A stretch of DNA of 63,656 nucleotides, the filler included, from a bacterium (GTDB lineage Bacteria > UBP15 > UBA6099 > JAJRTR01): assembly GCA_024278215.1 (NCBI GenBank). It is 6 parts of 6 records of this genome, joined end to end, with 100 filler letters (N's around TTAATTAATTAA, not from the genome) between each part and the next. Parts side by side here need not be neighbours in the genome. Positions count along the whole stretch, not along the records: positions 32,016 to 44,860 come from JAJRTR010000134.1; positions 44,961 to 56,610 come from JAJRTR010000135.1; 4 more parts are not named here. The stretch is one strand, 5' to 3'. Below are positions 42,666 through 52,501 of this stretch, piece by piece; the stretch's first letter is position 1; each line of letters opens with the position of its first letter. The notes beneath the pieces were generated by a model. It was not told where the DNA came from. It made no database searches and worked only from the letters and a program-made list of their open reading frames with translations. The position numbers and the translations under genes were made by a program.

Positions 42666-43829
42666 CTATGACTTGTCCTTTTGTGTGGCCATGTCGATGA
42701 GAACGGCGACGATGAGGACAACGCCCTTGACGACATATCTGAAAGCGGGTGCGGAGCCGATGAGGTCGAGCCCGTTGTCGAGGCTGGCCATGATGAGCGC
42801 GCCGAGAATAGCGCCGGGTATACTGCCCTTGCCGCCCATCAGACTCGTGCCGCCGATGACACAGGCCGCGATGGCGTCTAGCTCCTTAAGCCCACCCGCC
42901 TTCTGCGACGCGCTGCCCACATAAGACGTAAGCATTATCCCCGCCACCGCCGATAACACGCCCATCACGACAAATACCTGCATTATACGCAGTTTGACAT
43001 TTATCCCCGAAAGATATGCCGCCTCGGAGTTGCCGCCGAGCGCGTATACATGACGCCCAAAACGTGTGCGATTCGCGATAAATGTCATAATTATCACGAG
43101 TATCAATAAAATGAATACGGAAATAGGTATGCCTTTATAGCCATACATGTAGAAAACAAAAAGTCCGATCATGAAAACATAAAAAACCGATTGCAGCACG
43201 GTCAGCGGCAGCGTCGCGGTGTCGAGTCCGTACTTCAATCTCGACGCCCTGTTCCGCACCGGAAAATAAAAACACGCGACAGCCGCAATCCCGGCGACTG
43301 CGAGCGCGAATGTGTCGGGGAGATACCCGTCGCCGACTTTCGTCACCCAGCCGGCCATAAACTGGATGTCGATGCCGCCAAGTATCCACATCGACGCGCC
43401 GCGATAAATCATCATTCCGCCAAGTGTTACGATAAACGCCGGCACCCGGAAATATGCCGTCACACTGCCCTGGACCACTCCGATAAGAACACCGACAAGC
43501 AGCGCGGCGAGGACGGCGATAATCGGCGGAACATTGTAATTGTAACACAGCACTGCCGCCACCGCCCCTATAAACGCGCACACGGAACCGACGGAAAGAT
43601 CAATGCTCCCGGACACGATTACCAGCACCATCCCTATCGCCAGCACGCCGACAACGGACATCTGCACAAACAGATTTGAAATGTTTCTCGGGCTGAGAAA
43701 CACCCTGTCCGTCATCGCTGCAAACACGACCCATATCAGTATCAGCGCGAAAAACATTGTATATGTGCGAAAGTCTATTTCGAGTTTTTTCACAAGCCGC
43801 TCCCCGCCGACAACGAACGCCGGATACAT
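42666..43829 (-). CDS. Sugar ABC transporter permease (XylH/GguB-like)
   Basis: [52 protein letters not shown]. Confidence 0.93.
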   Translation of the reverse strand: MYPAFVVGGERLVKKLEIDFRTYTMFFALILIWVVFAAMTDRVFLSPRNISNLFVQMSVVGVLAIGMVLVIVSGSIDLSVGSVCAFIGAVAAVLCYNYNVPPIIAVLAALLVGVLIGVVQGSVTAYFRVPAFIVTLGGMMIYRGASMWILGGIDIQFMAGWVTKVGDGYLPDTFALAVAGIAAVACFYFPVRNRASRLKYGLDTATLPLTVLQSVFYVFMIGLFVFYMYGYKGIPISVFILLILVIIMTFIANRTRFGRHVYALGGNSEAAYLSGINVKLRIMQVFVVMGVLSAVAGIMLTSYVGSASQKAGGLKELDAIAACVIGGTSLMGGKGSIPGAILGALIMASLDNGLDLIGSAPAFRYVVKGVVLIVAVLIDMATQKDKS

Positions 43830-43893
43830 AACAGGAATTCAGTTTTGTTCCCGATCGCATCACCGAAATCCAGTTTTGAATACATCATTGTTT

Positions 43894-43961
43894 GTAACAC
43901 TTTAGCCAAGTGAAGAATTCCCGGAATTCCACGACTTTGCTTCAGATATCTAAAGTGTTAC
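43894..43961. mobile_element. 68-bp micro-MITE
   Basis: Perfect 12-bp TIR GTAACACTTTAG/CTAAAGTGTTAC with perfect 8-bp flanking duplication CATTGTTT. Confidence 0.75.
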
Positions 43962-44170
43962 CATTGTTTTTAAAACCACATGTATGCAGGATATTATACG
44001 TCATAACACATCATCGGCAACTTTGCCGGTCGAAAAGTGCGTAATAATGTAAAGTTTTCGGAGCCAATTGCATTGAAAACAGTGATGTGGGGGCTCCGCC
44101 TTTCTTCAATTCATACCCCTGCTTTTCACTCGCTCGCGCCTGCCGCCGCATACCTATTTCCGGTCACTTA

Positions 44171-44220
44171 TTGACATCGACACTGAAACGTGCTATTTTC
44201 TGGACTGATATGTCAGTCCA
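44171..44220 (+). promoter_or_regulatory. Sigma-70 promoter plus palindromic operator over the TetR start codon
   Basis: TTGACA-17bp-TATTTT with extended TG; TGGACTGA-TATG-TCAGTCCA at 44201-44220. Confidence 0.7.
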
Positions 44221-44842
44221 AAAAGGAAAAGCCAAAAAAGACGCCAAGCACAAACTGTTTCTGGATGCCGCCCGCAGGATTTTCGCGCGGAAAGGGTTCG
44301 AGGCGACGAATGTTACTGATATTATCGCCGAGGTCAATTCAGGCCAGGGAACTTTCTACTACCACTTTAAAGATAAAAACGCGATTTTCGACGAACTTAT
44401 GACAGGTTTCATTAATGAACTACTGGCTGTGCTTGCCGAAAACGATGTGAACGACGCGGGACAACTCGCGCTTGCTTCGCGTGAACTCTCGATTCGCAAC
44501 GCTGCCCGGCTGGCGGAAGTATTCGTGAACAATAAGGATATCGCGCAGCTTTTTTTCAGAGAATCGCGTTACATCGGTTGCGAGGGCATGAAACGGATCG
44601 ACGATTTCTATGCCCTGCTCTATTCGCAGGTCGAAAGCAGCCTGAAGATGGGGATCGGGGAAAGCTCGATCCGTGACGATATCGATACGGCAATCGCGGC
44701 GCGCTGCATAATCGGCGCTACCGAAAAAGTAATCTACGAAGCCCTGCGCTGTGGTGAAAATATAGATATAAAGCATGTAGCGGAGCAGATTGTCGACTTC
44801 CAGATGAAGGGTATTGTCAACAATATACGATCACAGAGGTGA
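44210..44842 (+). CDS. TetR/AcrR family transcriptional regulator
   Basis: AARRIFARKGFEATNVTDI...GTFYYHFKDK. Confidence 0.93.
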   Translation: MSVQKGKAKKDAKHKLFLDAARRIFARKGFEATNVTDIIAEVNSGQGTFYYHFKDKNAIFDELMTGFINELLAVLAENDVNDAGQLALASRELSIRNAARLAEVFVNNKDIAQLFFRESRYIGCEGMKRIDDFYALLYSQVESSLKMGIGESSIRDDIDTAIAARCIIGATEKVIYEALRCGENIDIKHVAEQIVDFQMKGIVNNIRSQR

Positions 44843-44960
44843 GATATGTCTAAACTTGCANNNNNNNNNNNNNNNNNNNNNNNNNNNNNNNNNNNNNNNN
44901 NNNNTTAATTAATTAANNNNNNNNNNNNNNNNNNNNNNNNNNNNNNNNNNNNNNNNNNNN

Positions 44961-46025
44961 AACACTCGCGAGCTTTTCGATGTCCACCCCTGTCAACTCC
45001 GCATTCAGCATGAACCGGGCCGGGCTGTCGATAAATAGCGAAAAATCGAAGTCGGCGCGACCACCGCAGAACTCCGCTTCCGCATTTTTTACCAGTAGCG
45101 TTCTGGTCGTGAAATCCGCATCCGCTTCGACATCGGTCAACGACAGTCCGTAACCGGGAAATGAAATATCCGCGCCGTCCATGCGTCCGCTGCCGCTCCA
45201 CGAATATACCGGGGGATGCCCTACCTGCGTATATGCGGCCTCTACACTGAAAAGCAGTGACGGTATGGTGCCGCTGATTGTGTAATCCGAAGGATTCAGT
45301 ATGCTCTCGACATCTTTGAGATCGACGTTTTCGAGCTGCGCTTCGAGCTTCCAGCCGGCACGCATATCAAAGCGAAGCTGCAACTCGAGCCGGTCGCCCA
45401 GCGTTGTCTTTCGCGCGCTCGCGTCCAGCAGAAGCACCCTTTCGCGTTCGAGGTCGAGACGTGCGTGAAGCTGCTCGACAACGGCGTGTGAAATAGGCAG
45501 GGGCGACTCGACGCGCCTGTCGTCGAATTCGACGGTTCCGTCCCGGATAGTGACGCCGAATGCCGGGAGGCGGCCACCACCCGAGCCCGTGCCCGACTTG
45601 ATTATCGAGTCGAAATTCCAGACTCCCCCGCTGCTGCGGATTATATGCACAACCGGCCTGACAACTGTGATCGAGCGTATTATCGCGCCCGGGTTGTCCC
45701 TGTCTGTGAGCAGGTGCCTGACGCTCAGGATCACTATTGCTTTTTCAGCACGCAGTATCGGCTCCGGTTCAGCCCCGAGCCGTATGTCTTCGATAACTAT
45801 GCGACCGAAAATGTCGATGTGCAGCCGTGACATGCTAAGGGGCTTGTCAAATGCCTTCTCGATCCTGTTTTGGACCTCGACCTGTATTCTCTCCGAGACT
45901 TCCCTTGTGACGAGAATGCGGCGCAGCAGAAAAGGCGACAGCACGATAAGCACAAGCAGGGCAGGCAAAAACGCCCGCCCGGCGAATGATTTCTTTTTTG
46001 CGCCGTTATCTCTCTGCAGGGTCAT
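44961..46025 (-). CDS. AsmA/TamB-like protein, N-terminal part (truncated at gap)
   Basis: N-terminal TM anchor, 'P.VHIIR...G.WNF', repetitive beta-strand pattern. Confidence 0.6.
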
Positions 46026-46252
46026 AAGTCTTCTTGTCTTTTGTATTCATTGCCGTCGCTTCCCGCCGGGAAACAAGCCGGTACGGTACTTGCCACACAT
46101 GGACGATCCGATGCGTGGAACGAAAATCCGTCTATTATAGTATAAGATAAAAGGTGATAATGTTTCCTTTCACACTCAACGCAATTATGCTTATACGGAA
46201 GAGTCGGCCGCGGTGGAATCAGAATTTTGCAATCGGCCCGGAATATATATAA

Positions 46253-48526
46253 ATGTGGTTTATAAACTCATACATCGGTTTTCTTGAGAAGCGGCACATG
46301 TTTGTGCTGATCGCGCTCGTGGCCGGTACGATATTTTTCGGCTGCAAACTCACGCATATCGGGTTCGAGGGTTCGTTCGAGGGCTGGATAGAAAAAGATG
46401 ATCGGGTCATCGAAGATTACAAGCAGTTGCTGCGCCACTTTCGCGCGTTCGAGCCGATAATTCTCGCCGTGGAGACGGATGACACAATATTCGAGCCCGA
46501 TACGCTGAAACGCATCCAGACTCTCGACAGGAAAATCAGATACATGGATAAGTATGTGGTGCTGACACTTGGGCTGCCACGTATGAGTGTAATGAAGGAA
46601 ACGGAAGGCGGCATGTCCTTCGAATATCTATATAACAAACTGCCGGAAACACAGGAGGATGCCGACGAATTCAGAAAACGCGTGATGAACAACCACACGC
46701 TGGCCGACCTGTTCGTGTCGAAAGACGAGAAAGGTACTTTTATCGCGATATTCATCGGCGGTCGCCCCGATTCGGAGACCATCGCACAAAACATCGAAAA
46801 GCTTAAAACCATAATGCGCGAGGAAAGCGCGCCGAACTTGAGGTATCGTCTTGTCGGCGGCCCCATTCTCAACGAAGAACTCAAACGGCAGACAAAACGG
46901 CAGGCCTATCTCTTCTCGCCTGTCGTTTTCATCATCGTCATTCTGCTGCTGATAGTGTTCCTGCGGAAAAGAGTCGACATCTTCGTCGTGACGGTAGCGA
47001 CATTCTGTTCCCTCGTGTGGTCGCTCGGTGTGTATGTCGCTATGGGGAAGGAGTTGAACTCGCTGTCTATCGCGCTGCCGCCGCTGCTGCTCGTGATCAG
47101 TGTCGCCGACTCTGTGCACCTGATAGTGCGGTTCCGCGAAGAGATCGCACGCGGCACGCACGGCGCCGCCGCTGTCCGAAATTCACTGCGCGTGATGATC
47201 ATGCCGTGTCTGTTCACTTCACTGACGACAGCAGCCGGGTTCGGTGTGCTTTGCCTTAGCGGAATTCCGATAATCAGGGAGTTCGGCCTCTACGCCGCCA
47301 TCGGGATTCTTCTGTCTTTCTTCGTCGCCCTCACAATGGTTCCCTCGCTCCTTTTCGCGTCGCTCAGGCTCGGCAGGCCAGGCAGCAGCGCAAACGGCAC
47401 GGAATCTTTTCCCGGTGATTTCATGCAGGGTTTCCTTGGTGGCATTTTCAATGTCGTCGAACGGCGCGGAAATGTTGTAATCGCTGCCACCGCCGTTATT
47501 GTCGTTCTCTCAATCATCGGTGCCACCCGGATAAAAGTGGAAACCAACCGTGCCGATTTTTTTAAGAAAAACAATCCGCTCCGACGTCAGATGACGTTTG
47601 TCGAGGAAAACCTGATCGGACTGTCTTCAATCGAATTCCTTTATACAGCACGGGACGGATACAACCTGACCGACGCCGCCGCGCTTCGCGACATGCTCGA
47701 TTTCCAGGACTTCCTGAAACAGCATCCTCAGATAACATCGGCTGTCTCCATCGCCGACTTCGTGGTCGAACTCAACAGGTTTATCAACGGCAGTGACAAG
47801 GTTCCCGAGAACTCGGCCGCTATTCTCAGCCTGATAAAATGGAACAGGATAGAATACTCGAATTTCGTGAGCGGTCGCGGTGAATACGCCCGAATCAGCG
47901 GCAGGCTGAAGTATATGCCGACTGAAAAACTGAGGTTGCTGCTTGGCGACATAAAGAACTATATGAGCGAACATAAATCACCGAATTACGATGTACTCAT
48001 GACAGGCGCGGCACCGATATACACGGAACTGGCGGACCGTGTACTGACAGGCCAGATCAGAAGTTTCATACTCGTGATGATGATAGTGGCGGCAATGCTG
48101 ATTCTGATTTTCAGGTCTGTCCGGTGGGGATTATTCGCGCTTGTGCCGAACGTCATCCCGGTGCTGTTCGTGATGGGCGTTATGGGGTGGTTCGGCGTAC
48201 CGCTGAATCTTGCGACAATGATGATCGCAAGCATTGCAATCGGGATCGCTGTCGATGACACAATACATTATATCGTGCGTTTTCGCCGGGAACTGAGCGA
48301 TTGCGGCGACCACCGGGAAGCGGCGCGCCGGGCACTCACATCCACGGGCCGCGCCGTTGTCACAACTACAGTCGTTCTCGTGGCGGGCTATGGCGTGCTG
48401 GTGACATCCGGCTTTGTGCCGATTATGCACTTCGGCCTTCTGAGCGCGATAACGATGCTCGCAGCGCTCGCCGCGGATGTGCTGCTTCTGCCGGCGCTGC
48501 TGATAAAATTCAAGCCCCGCGCCTGA
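46253..48526 (+). CDS. MMPL/RND family transporter
   Basis: Two repeats with VADSVHL / GIAVDDTIH, TSLTTAAGF, LLLPALL. Confidence 0.92.
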   Translation: MWFINSYIGFLEKRHMFVLIALVAGTIFFGCKLTHIGFEGSFEGWIEKDDRVIEDYKQLLRHFRAFEPIILAVETDDTIFEPDTLKRIQTLDRKIRYMDKYVVLTLGLPRMSVMKETEGGMSFEYLYNKLPETQEDADEFRKRVMNNHTLADLFVSKDEKGTFIAIFIGGRPDSETIAQNIEKLKTIMREESAPNLRYRLVGGPILNEELKRQTKRQAYLFSPVVFIIVILLLIVFLRKRVDIFVVTVATFCSLVWSLGVYVAMGKELNSLSIALPPLLLVISVADSVHLIVRFREEIARGTHGAAAVRNSLRVMIMPCLFTSLTTAAGFGVLCLSGIPIIREFGLYAAIGILLSFFVALTMVPSLLFASLRLGRPGSSANGTESFPGDFMQGFLGGIFNVVERRGNVVIAATAVIVVLSIIGATRIKVETNRADFFKKNNPLRRQMTFVEENLIGLSSIEFLYTARDGYNLTDAAALRDMLDFQDFLKQHPQITSAVSIADFVVELNRFINGSDKVPENSAAILSLIKWNRIEYSNFVSGRGEYARISGRLKYMPTEKLRLLLGDIKNYMSEHKSPNYDVLMTGAAPIYTELADRVLTGQIRSFILVMMIVAAMLILIFRSVRWGLFALVPNVIPVLFVMGVMGWFGVPLNLATMMIASIAIGIAVDDTIHYIVRFRRELSDCGDHREAARRALTSTGRAVVTTTVVLVAGYGVLVTSGFVPIMHFGLLSAITMLAALAADVLLLPALLIKFKPRA

Positions 48527-48713
48527 CCCGCCTGCTCGGCATGTCCCGGCACAGCAATTGCCGAGTCCGGGATGGAGGTTTGATTTCCGCAAACCCCGAT
48601 AATATAATTCCCCTGTTACATTAAGCTGCCGTAACAGCGCGTATAACATAAATAAACCGGGGAGGCGACTGTTCACAGGGAAATAGACCCGCCGACAGTT
48701 GTACAGAGAGATT

Positions 48714-49097
48714 ATGGCAATCTGCAGAGCGGATAAATGTAATGCTTTCTGTTGCAGGTATATTTCGGTTCACATCGACACGCCGAGATCGAAGGTCGAC
48801 TTCGATGAAATCCGCTGGTTCGTCTCGCACGAGAATGTCGTTGTATACAAAGATGAAGAAAACGACTGGCTTGTGGAGTTTGTCACGCCATGCAAATTTC
48901 TCAAAAACAACAAGTGCGAAATATATGAGGCCCGGCCCGACGTGTGCCGCGAATACGACCCCGACGGCTGCGCCGATTCCGAGAAGAACATTGAAATGAA
49001 GATAGCGTTTAAAAAACCCACCGATGTCGAGAAATTCGTTGCGAAAAGATGGCCGAAAAAAAAGAAGAAAAAGAGATCGTTATCTGAAAAAAAGTGA
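48714..49097 (+). CDS. YkgJ family cysteine-cluster protein
   Basis: C..C.AFCC, CKFL..KC.IYEARP.VCREY. Confidence 0.88.
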   Translation: MAICRADKCNAFCCRYISVHIDTPRSKVDFDEIRWFVSHENVVVYKDEENDWLVEFVTPCKFLKNNKCEIYEARPDVCREYDPDGCADSEKNIEMKIAFKKPTDVEKFVAKRWPKKKKKKRSLSEKK

Positions 49098-49199
49098 ATT
49101 ATCAACAGAACTTGTGCGTTTTTCAATATATTGTGATAATTTTGGGGACATAACTGAAATTTGACCTTTAGTTCCGGATCGTGTTTCCATAAATTCGAC

Positions 49200-49381
49200 T
49201 ACTGTCACGTCAGGCTTGTAATGTCGCGGGAAGGGCAGGGGCACCGCAGCCCGCCTGAACATATTTTTCGCGAAAACAGTTTGTACAGGCACAAGTTGAA
49301 ACAAGGTACGGTGATCCCGCCCTTGTTAAATCGCTTTTACGCTACCCCATCTTACATCTTTTCTTTGTTGACATGGCACTA
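49200..49381. mobile_element. MITE family C (inverted relative to 17522-17715)
   Basis: TACTGTCACGTCA...GTTGACATGGCACTA ends; shared internal sequence. Confidence 0.7.
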
Positions 49382-49409
49382 CCTTTTATACAAAACGCAC
49401 AAGATTATT

Positions 49410-49588
49410 GAGCCAATTGCAAAATTATGTTCGTAGCGAGGTCGAACGAAATTTTTTAGAAGCAAGGCGGAGGTGCAAAATCCCCGCAGGCGTACTCGCC
49501 GGGTACGTTGAGGATGTTTTTGTGCCGACAACGCAGCTATGGACAATTGCAGCCGACCGCAGCCGAAGCAGAATTTTGCAATTGGCTC
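49410..49588 (+). mobile_element. MITE family A, full copy
   Basis: Perfect TIRs, 4-bp duplication TATT. Confidence 0.9.
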
Positions 49589-49647
49589 TATTAATTATAT
49601 TGCCTTATATTTTGGACACTCACGAATCATTCAACTAAAATATAATT

Positions 49648-50787
49648 ATGGATAAAACAGCAGTCGCCATAGCGAGATGCAGGACCTACGATCCTGATGA
49701 GGTTGGCGCGGCCATTGATGTTCTTATCGAGGCGCTCGGCGGATTCGAGAAATATCTGAAACCCGGTGCGCATGTGTTTTTGAAGCCGAACCTTCTGCTT
49801 TCGGCGGCTCCGGAGAAGGCGGTCTGCACACATCCCGAAGTGATGGCGCAGCTCATTAAGAAGCTTCAGTCTTTCGGCGCGCGGGTTTCTTTCGGTGATC
49901 TTCCCGGCGGTTTTCATGTTGTAAACACAAAGAAAGTCCACCGTGCAACCGGTATGGAAGCTGTAGCGGAGCGAACGGGCGCGGAACTTGTTGTCATAGA
50001 GCAGCACGGGTTCAGAGAAGTAGACATTCACGACCACGTAGTTCTCGGCCATGTGCATATCCCGAAATACCTCGACGATGTCGACGCGATAATAAATGTG
50101 TGCAAGATTAAGACACACATGCAAGCGAGATACACCGGTGCCGTAAAGAATATGTTCGGGCTGGTGACCACACAGGACAGGTTGCGCGCACACAAGCACG
50201 CTAAATATGAGGAATTCGCCGAAGCGCTCGTGGATATTTTCTCGGTGCTGAAGCCGACCCTCAACTTTGCAGACGCCGTAGTGGGGATGGAAGGCACCGG
50301 GCCGAGCCAGGGCAGCCCTGTAGCGCTGGAGTACCTTGCCGCGTCGGCGGATGCGGTTGCGCTGGATACTGTTTGTGTACGATTGATGGGGTTTAAGCCG
50401 GGCGAGATAGGCACGATCACGGCGGGTCGCCGACGCGGGCTTGGAGAAGGACATCCTGGCAACATCGCGCTCAAGGGCGGAACTATCGAGGATTTCGCAA
50501 AAGAAGTGAAGCGCCCCGCAGGCGCGGTTTCGCTGCTTATCCCGCTGCTGAGCAGCCCTATGAGCGAATGGATGGCTGTCAGGCCTGTTATAAAAAAGAG
50601 CAAATGCAAGAAGTGCAGAACATGTGTCGAGGTCTGCCCCAATGATGCCGTCCGCACATCGGGAAAGCATTTCGAGATCGACGACGGTCGATGCCTCAAG
50701 TGTTTCTGCTGCCACGAGATGTGTCCCCATGACGCCGTCGGACTCCACAAGCCGCTCCTTGTCAGAATAGCCGAACTGGTGAAGTAG
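49648..50787 (+). CDS. DUF362 protein with C-terminal 2x[4Fe-4S] domain
   Basis: LKPNLL, THP, K.KTH..TGAVKN.FG, GMEG.GP; two CxxCxxCxxxCP. Confidence 0.92.
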   Translation: MDKTAVAIARCRTYDPDEVGAAIDVLIEALGGFEKYLKPGAHVFLKPNLLLSAAPEKAVCTHPEVMAQLIKKLQSFGARVSFGDLPGGFHVVNTKKVHRATGMEAVAERTGAELVVIEQHGFREVDIHDHVVLGHVHIPKYLDDVDAIINVCKIKTHMQARYTGAVKNMFGLVTTQDRLRAHKHAKYEEFAEALVDIFSVLKPTLNFADAVVGMEGTGPSQGSPVALEYLAASADAVALDTVCVRLMGFKPGEIGTITAGRRRGLGEGHPGNIALKGGTIEDFAKEVKRPAGAVSLLIPLLSSPMSEWMAVRPVIKKSKCKKCRTCVEVCPNDAVRTSGKHFEIDDGRCLKCFCCHEMCPHDAVGLHKPLLVRIAELVK

Positions 50788-50875
50788 TCACGAAATCCGC
50801 TGTTACACATATTGATTCGCTGATAAACTTCCCACAGCAAGCGGCGGTGGCATTGCGTTTCGAGGGGAAAGAGTT

Positions 50876-51679
50876 ATGACGAAAAAAGTAGTTTTCATAA
50901 CAGGAGCAAGCAGGGGGATCGGACGTGCACTTGCGGAGGAAATGGACCGCAGAGGTTGTAAAGTATATGGAACCTACAGGACACTGCCGGATGACGTGCC
51001 GTGTTTCGAGCCGGTGGAGATGGATGTCACCGACCACGAATCCGTCGACAGGGCAATCGCTTCCGTGCTGAAAAAAGAAGGCGTGCTACACATACTTGTC
51101 AATAATGCTGGCATCAACGTATGCGGCCCGCTCGAGGAGACGCCGATAGAAGAGGGGCGGCGCGTTTTCGAGATAAATTATTTCGGTTTGTTGAAAGTTG
51201 TGCAGGCTGTGCTTCCTTCGATGCGTGAAAACGCGGGTGGAGTGATAGCGAACGTGGGTTCCGCGGCGGGAAAGATAACGATACCGTTCCAGGGTCATTA
51301 CTGCGCGTCCAAGCACGCGGTCGAGGCGTTGACGGAAGCGCTGTGGCACGAGGTGAAAAACTTCGGGATACGGGTGCTGCTGTTCGAGCCGGGAGACGTC
51401 GGCACGGAGATATGGCGAAACACGGAGAAGGCTGCCGCGCAGGAATCGGCTTATGGCGGGATGCTTAAAAGATTCGTGGAAGTGAAGGATAGGGAAATGG
51501 CAGGCGGGCATGCGACGCAGGTCGAAAAAGTTGCTGCGGATATGGCGGACAAACTGCTGTCGGGCACGAAAAAGTTGCGGCATCCGGTGGCCCATAACGC
51601 GGGATTATTCCTCTTCCTGCGAAAAATCATGCCCGACAGCATTTTCCTCCATGCGGTCGGCAAAAACTATAGCGTATGA
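50876..51679 (+). CDS. SDR family oxidoreductase
   Basis: TGASRGIG, NNAG, YCASK. Confidence 0.93.
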   Translation: MTKKVVFITGASRGIGRALAEEMDRRGCKVYGTYRTLPDDVPCFEPVEMDVTDHESVDRAIASVLKKEGVLHILVNNAGINVCGPLEETPIEEGRRVFEINYFGLLKVVQAVLPSMRENAGGVIANVGSAAGKITIPFQGHYCASKHAVEALTEALWHEVKNFGIRVLLFEPGDVGTEIWRNTEKAAAQESAYGGMLKRFVEVKDREMAGGHATQVEKVAADMADKLLSGTKKLRHPVAHNAGLFLFLRKIMPDSIFLHAVGKNYSV

Positions 51680-51785
51680 AAAGATGGACGCCGTTTACGT
51701 TATAAAATGAAGTGAATAAAGCATCATCTTACTTGACGTTTCCTCCGTGAGATGGTATTTAATATATAAGCTGAATATTGAAAAC

Positions 51786-51956
51786 TGAAGTTTATGCGTT
51801 GCGCCCGTGGGGGCGCAGAGTGGAAGACGGTGTGAATCCGTCGCGGTCCAGCCGCTGTAATTGGGTACGAAAACCGCAACGAGCCACTGCCGAAAGGCGG
51901 GAAGGCGCGGCGAGTAGGATAATCCATAAGCCAGAAGACAAGCGCATGAACGCTTC
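51786..51956 (+). promoter_or_regulatory. Cobalamin riboswitch
   Basis: GGAA-GACGGTGTGAATCCGTC-GCGGTCCAGCCGCTGTAA, GCCACTG..GGGAAGGC, B12 box AGCCAGAAGAC; closing stem TTTATGCG/CGCATGAA. Confidence 0.9.
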
Positions 51957-52010
51957 ACAATATCTCTTCTGTCGAAAGAGGGTGATGTTATGCCGTTTAT
52001 AGCTGACAAC

Positions 52011-52045
52011 AAAAAACCCGGGTTTCAACAGGAGCCCGGGTTTTT
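52011..52045 (+). terminator. Intrinsic terminator after the riboswitch
   Basis: AAAAAACCCGGGTTTC-AACAG-GAGCCCGGGTTTTT. Confidence 0.75.
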
Positions 52046-52223
52046 CATTTTCCGCGGTCGGCATGCAGGCGACCGTCCTGAACGCGACCGGGCCGAAAAA
52101 AACGGTCCGGCCACGATTTTCCGGATTTCTTCTTCGAGAAATTCGGGTTGAATTTGAGTATCTTTTCTTACTACAGGTTTCAGGGCGGGGCGCCTGCGAG
52201 CGTGCCGCCCACTTTTTTCTATT

Positions 52224-52275
52224 GAGCCAATTGCAAAATTATGATTCGGCTGCGGTCGACTGCATTTGTCCATAG
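52224..52275 (-). mobile_element. MITE family A end fragment
   Basis: GAGCCAATTGCAAAATTATGATTCGGCTGCGGTCG. Confidence 0.7.
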
Positions 52276-52501
52276 TCCGGATTTCTCACAAAGGAATCCG
52301 GAAAATCACGGCACTATGCGAAAAAAACAAAAACCGTTATAATATTATTGCGTCGGTCAGGCAGGATGTAAACAGATTTCACCCGCTCGGGTGAATTTTT
52401 TTGATGTTTTTTTTACTGAGCCTTTTGCAAAAGTCTGTTTTACCGCGACCGGCTGCAAGTATGCTTTTGCATGAGACTTTACAGAATTGGAGAGTGTTTG
52501 T

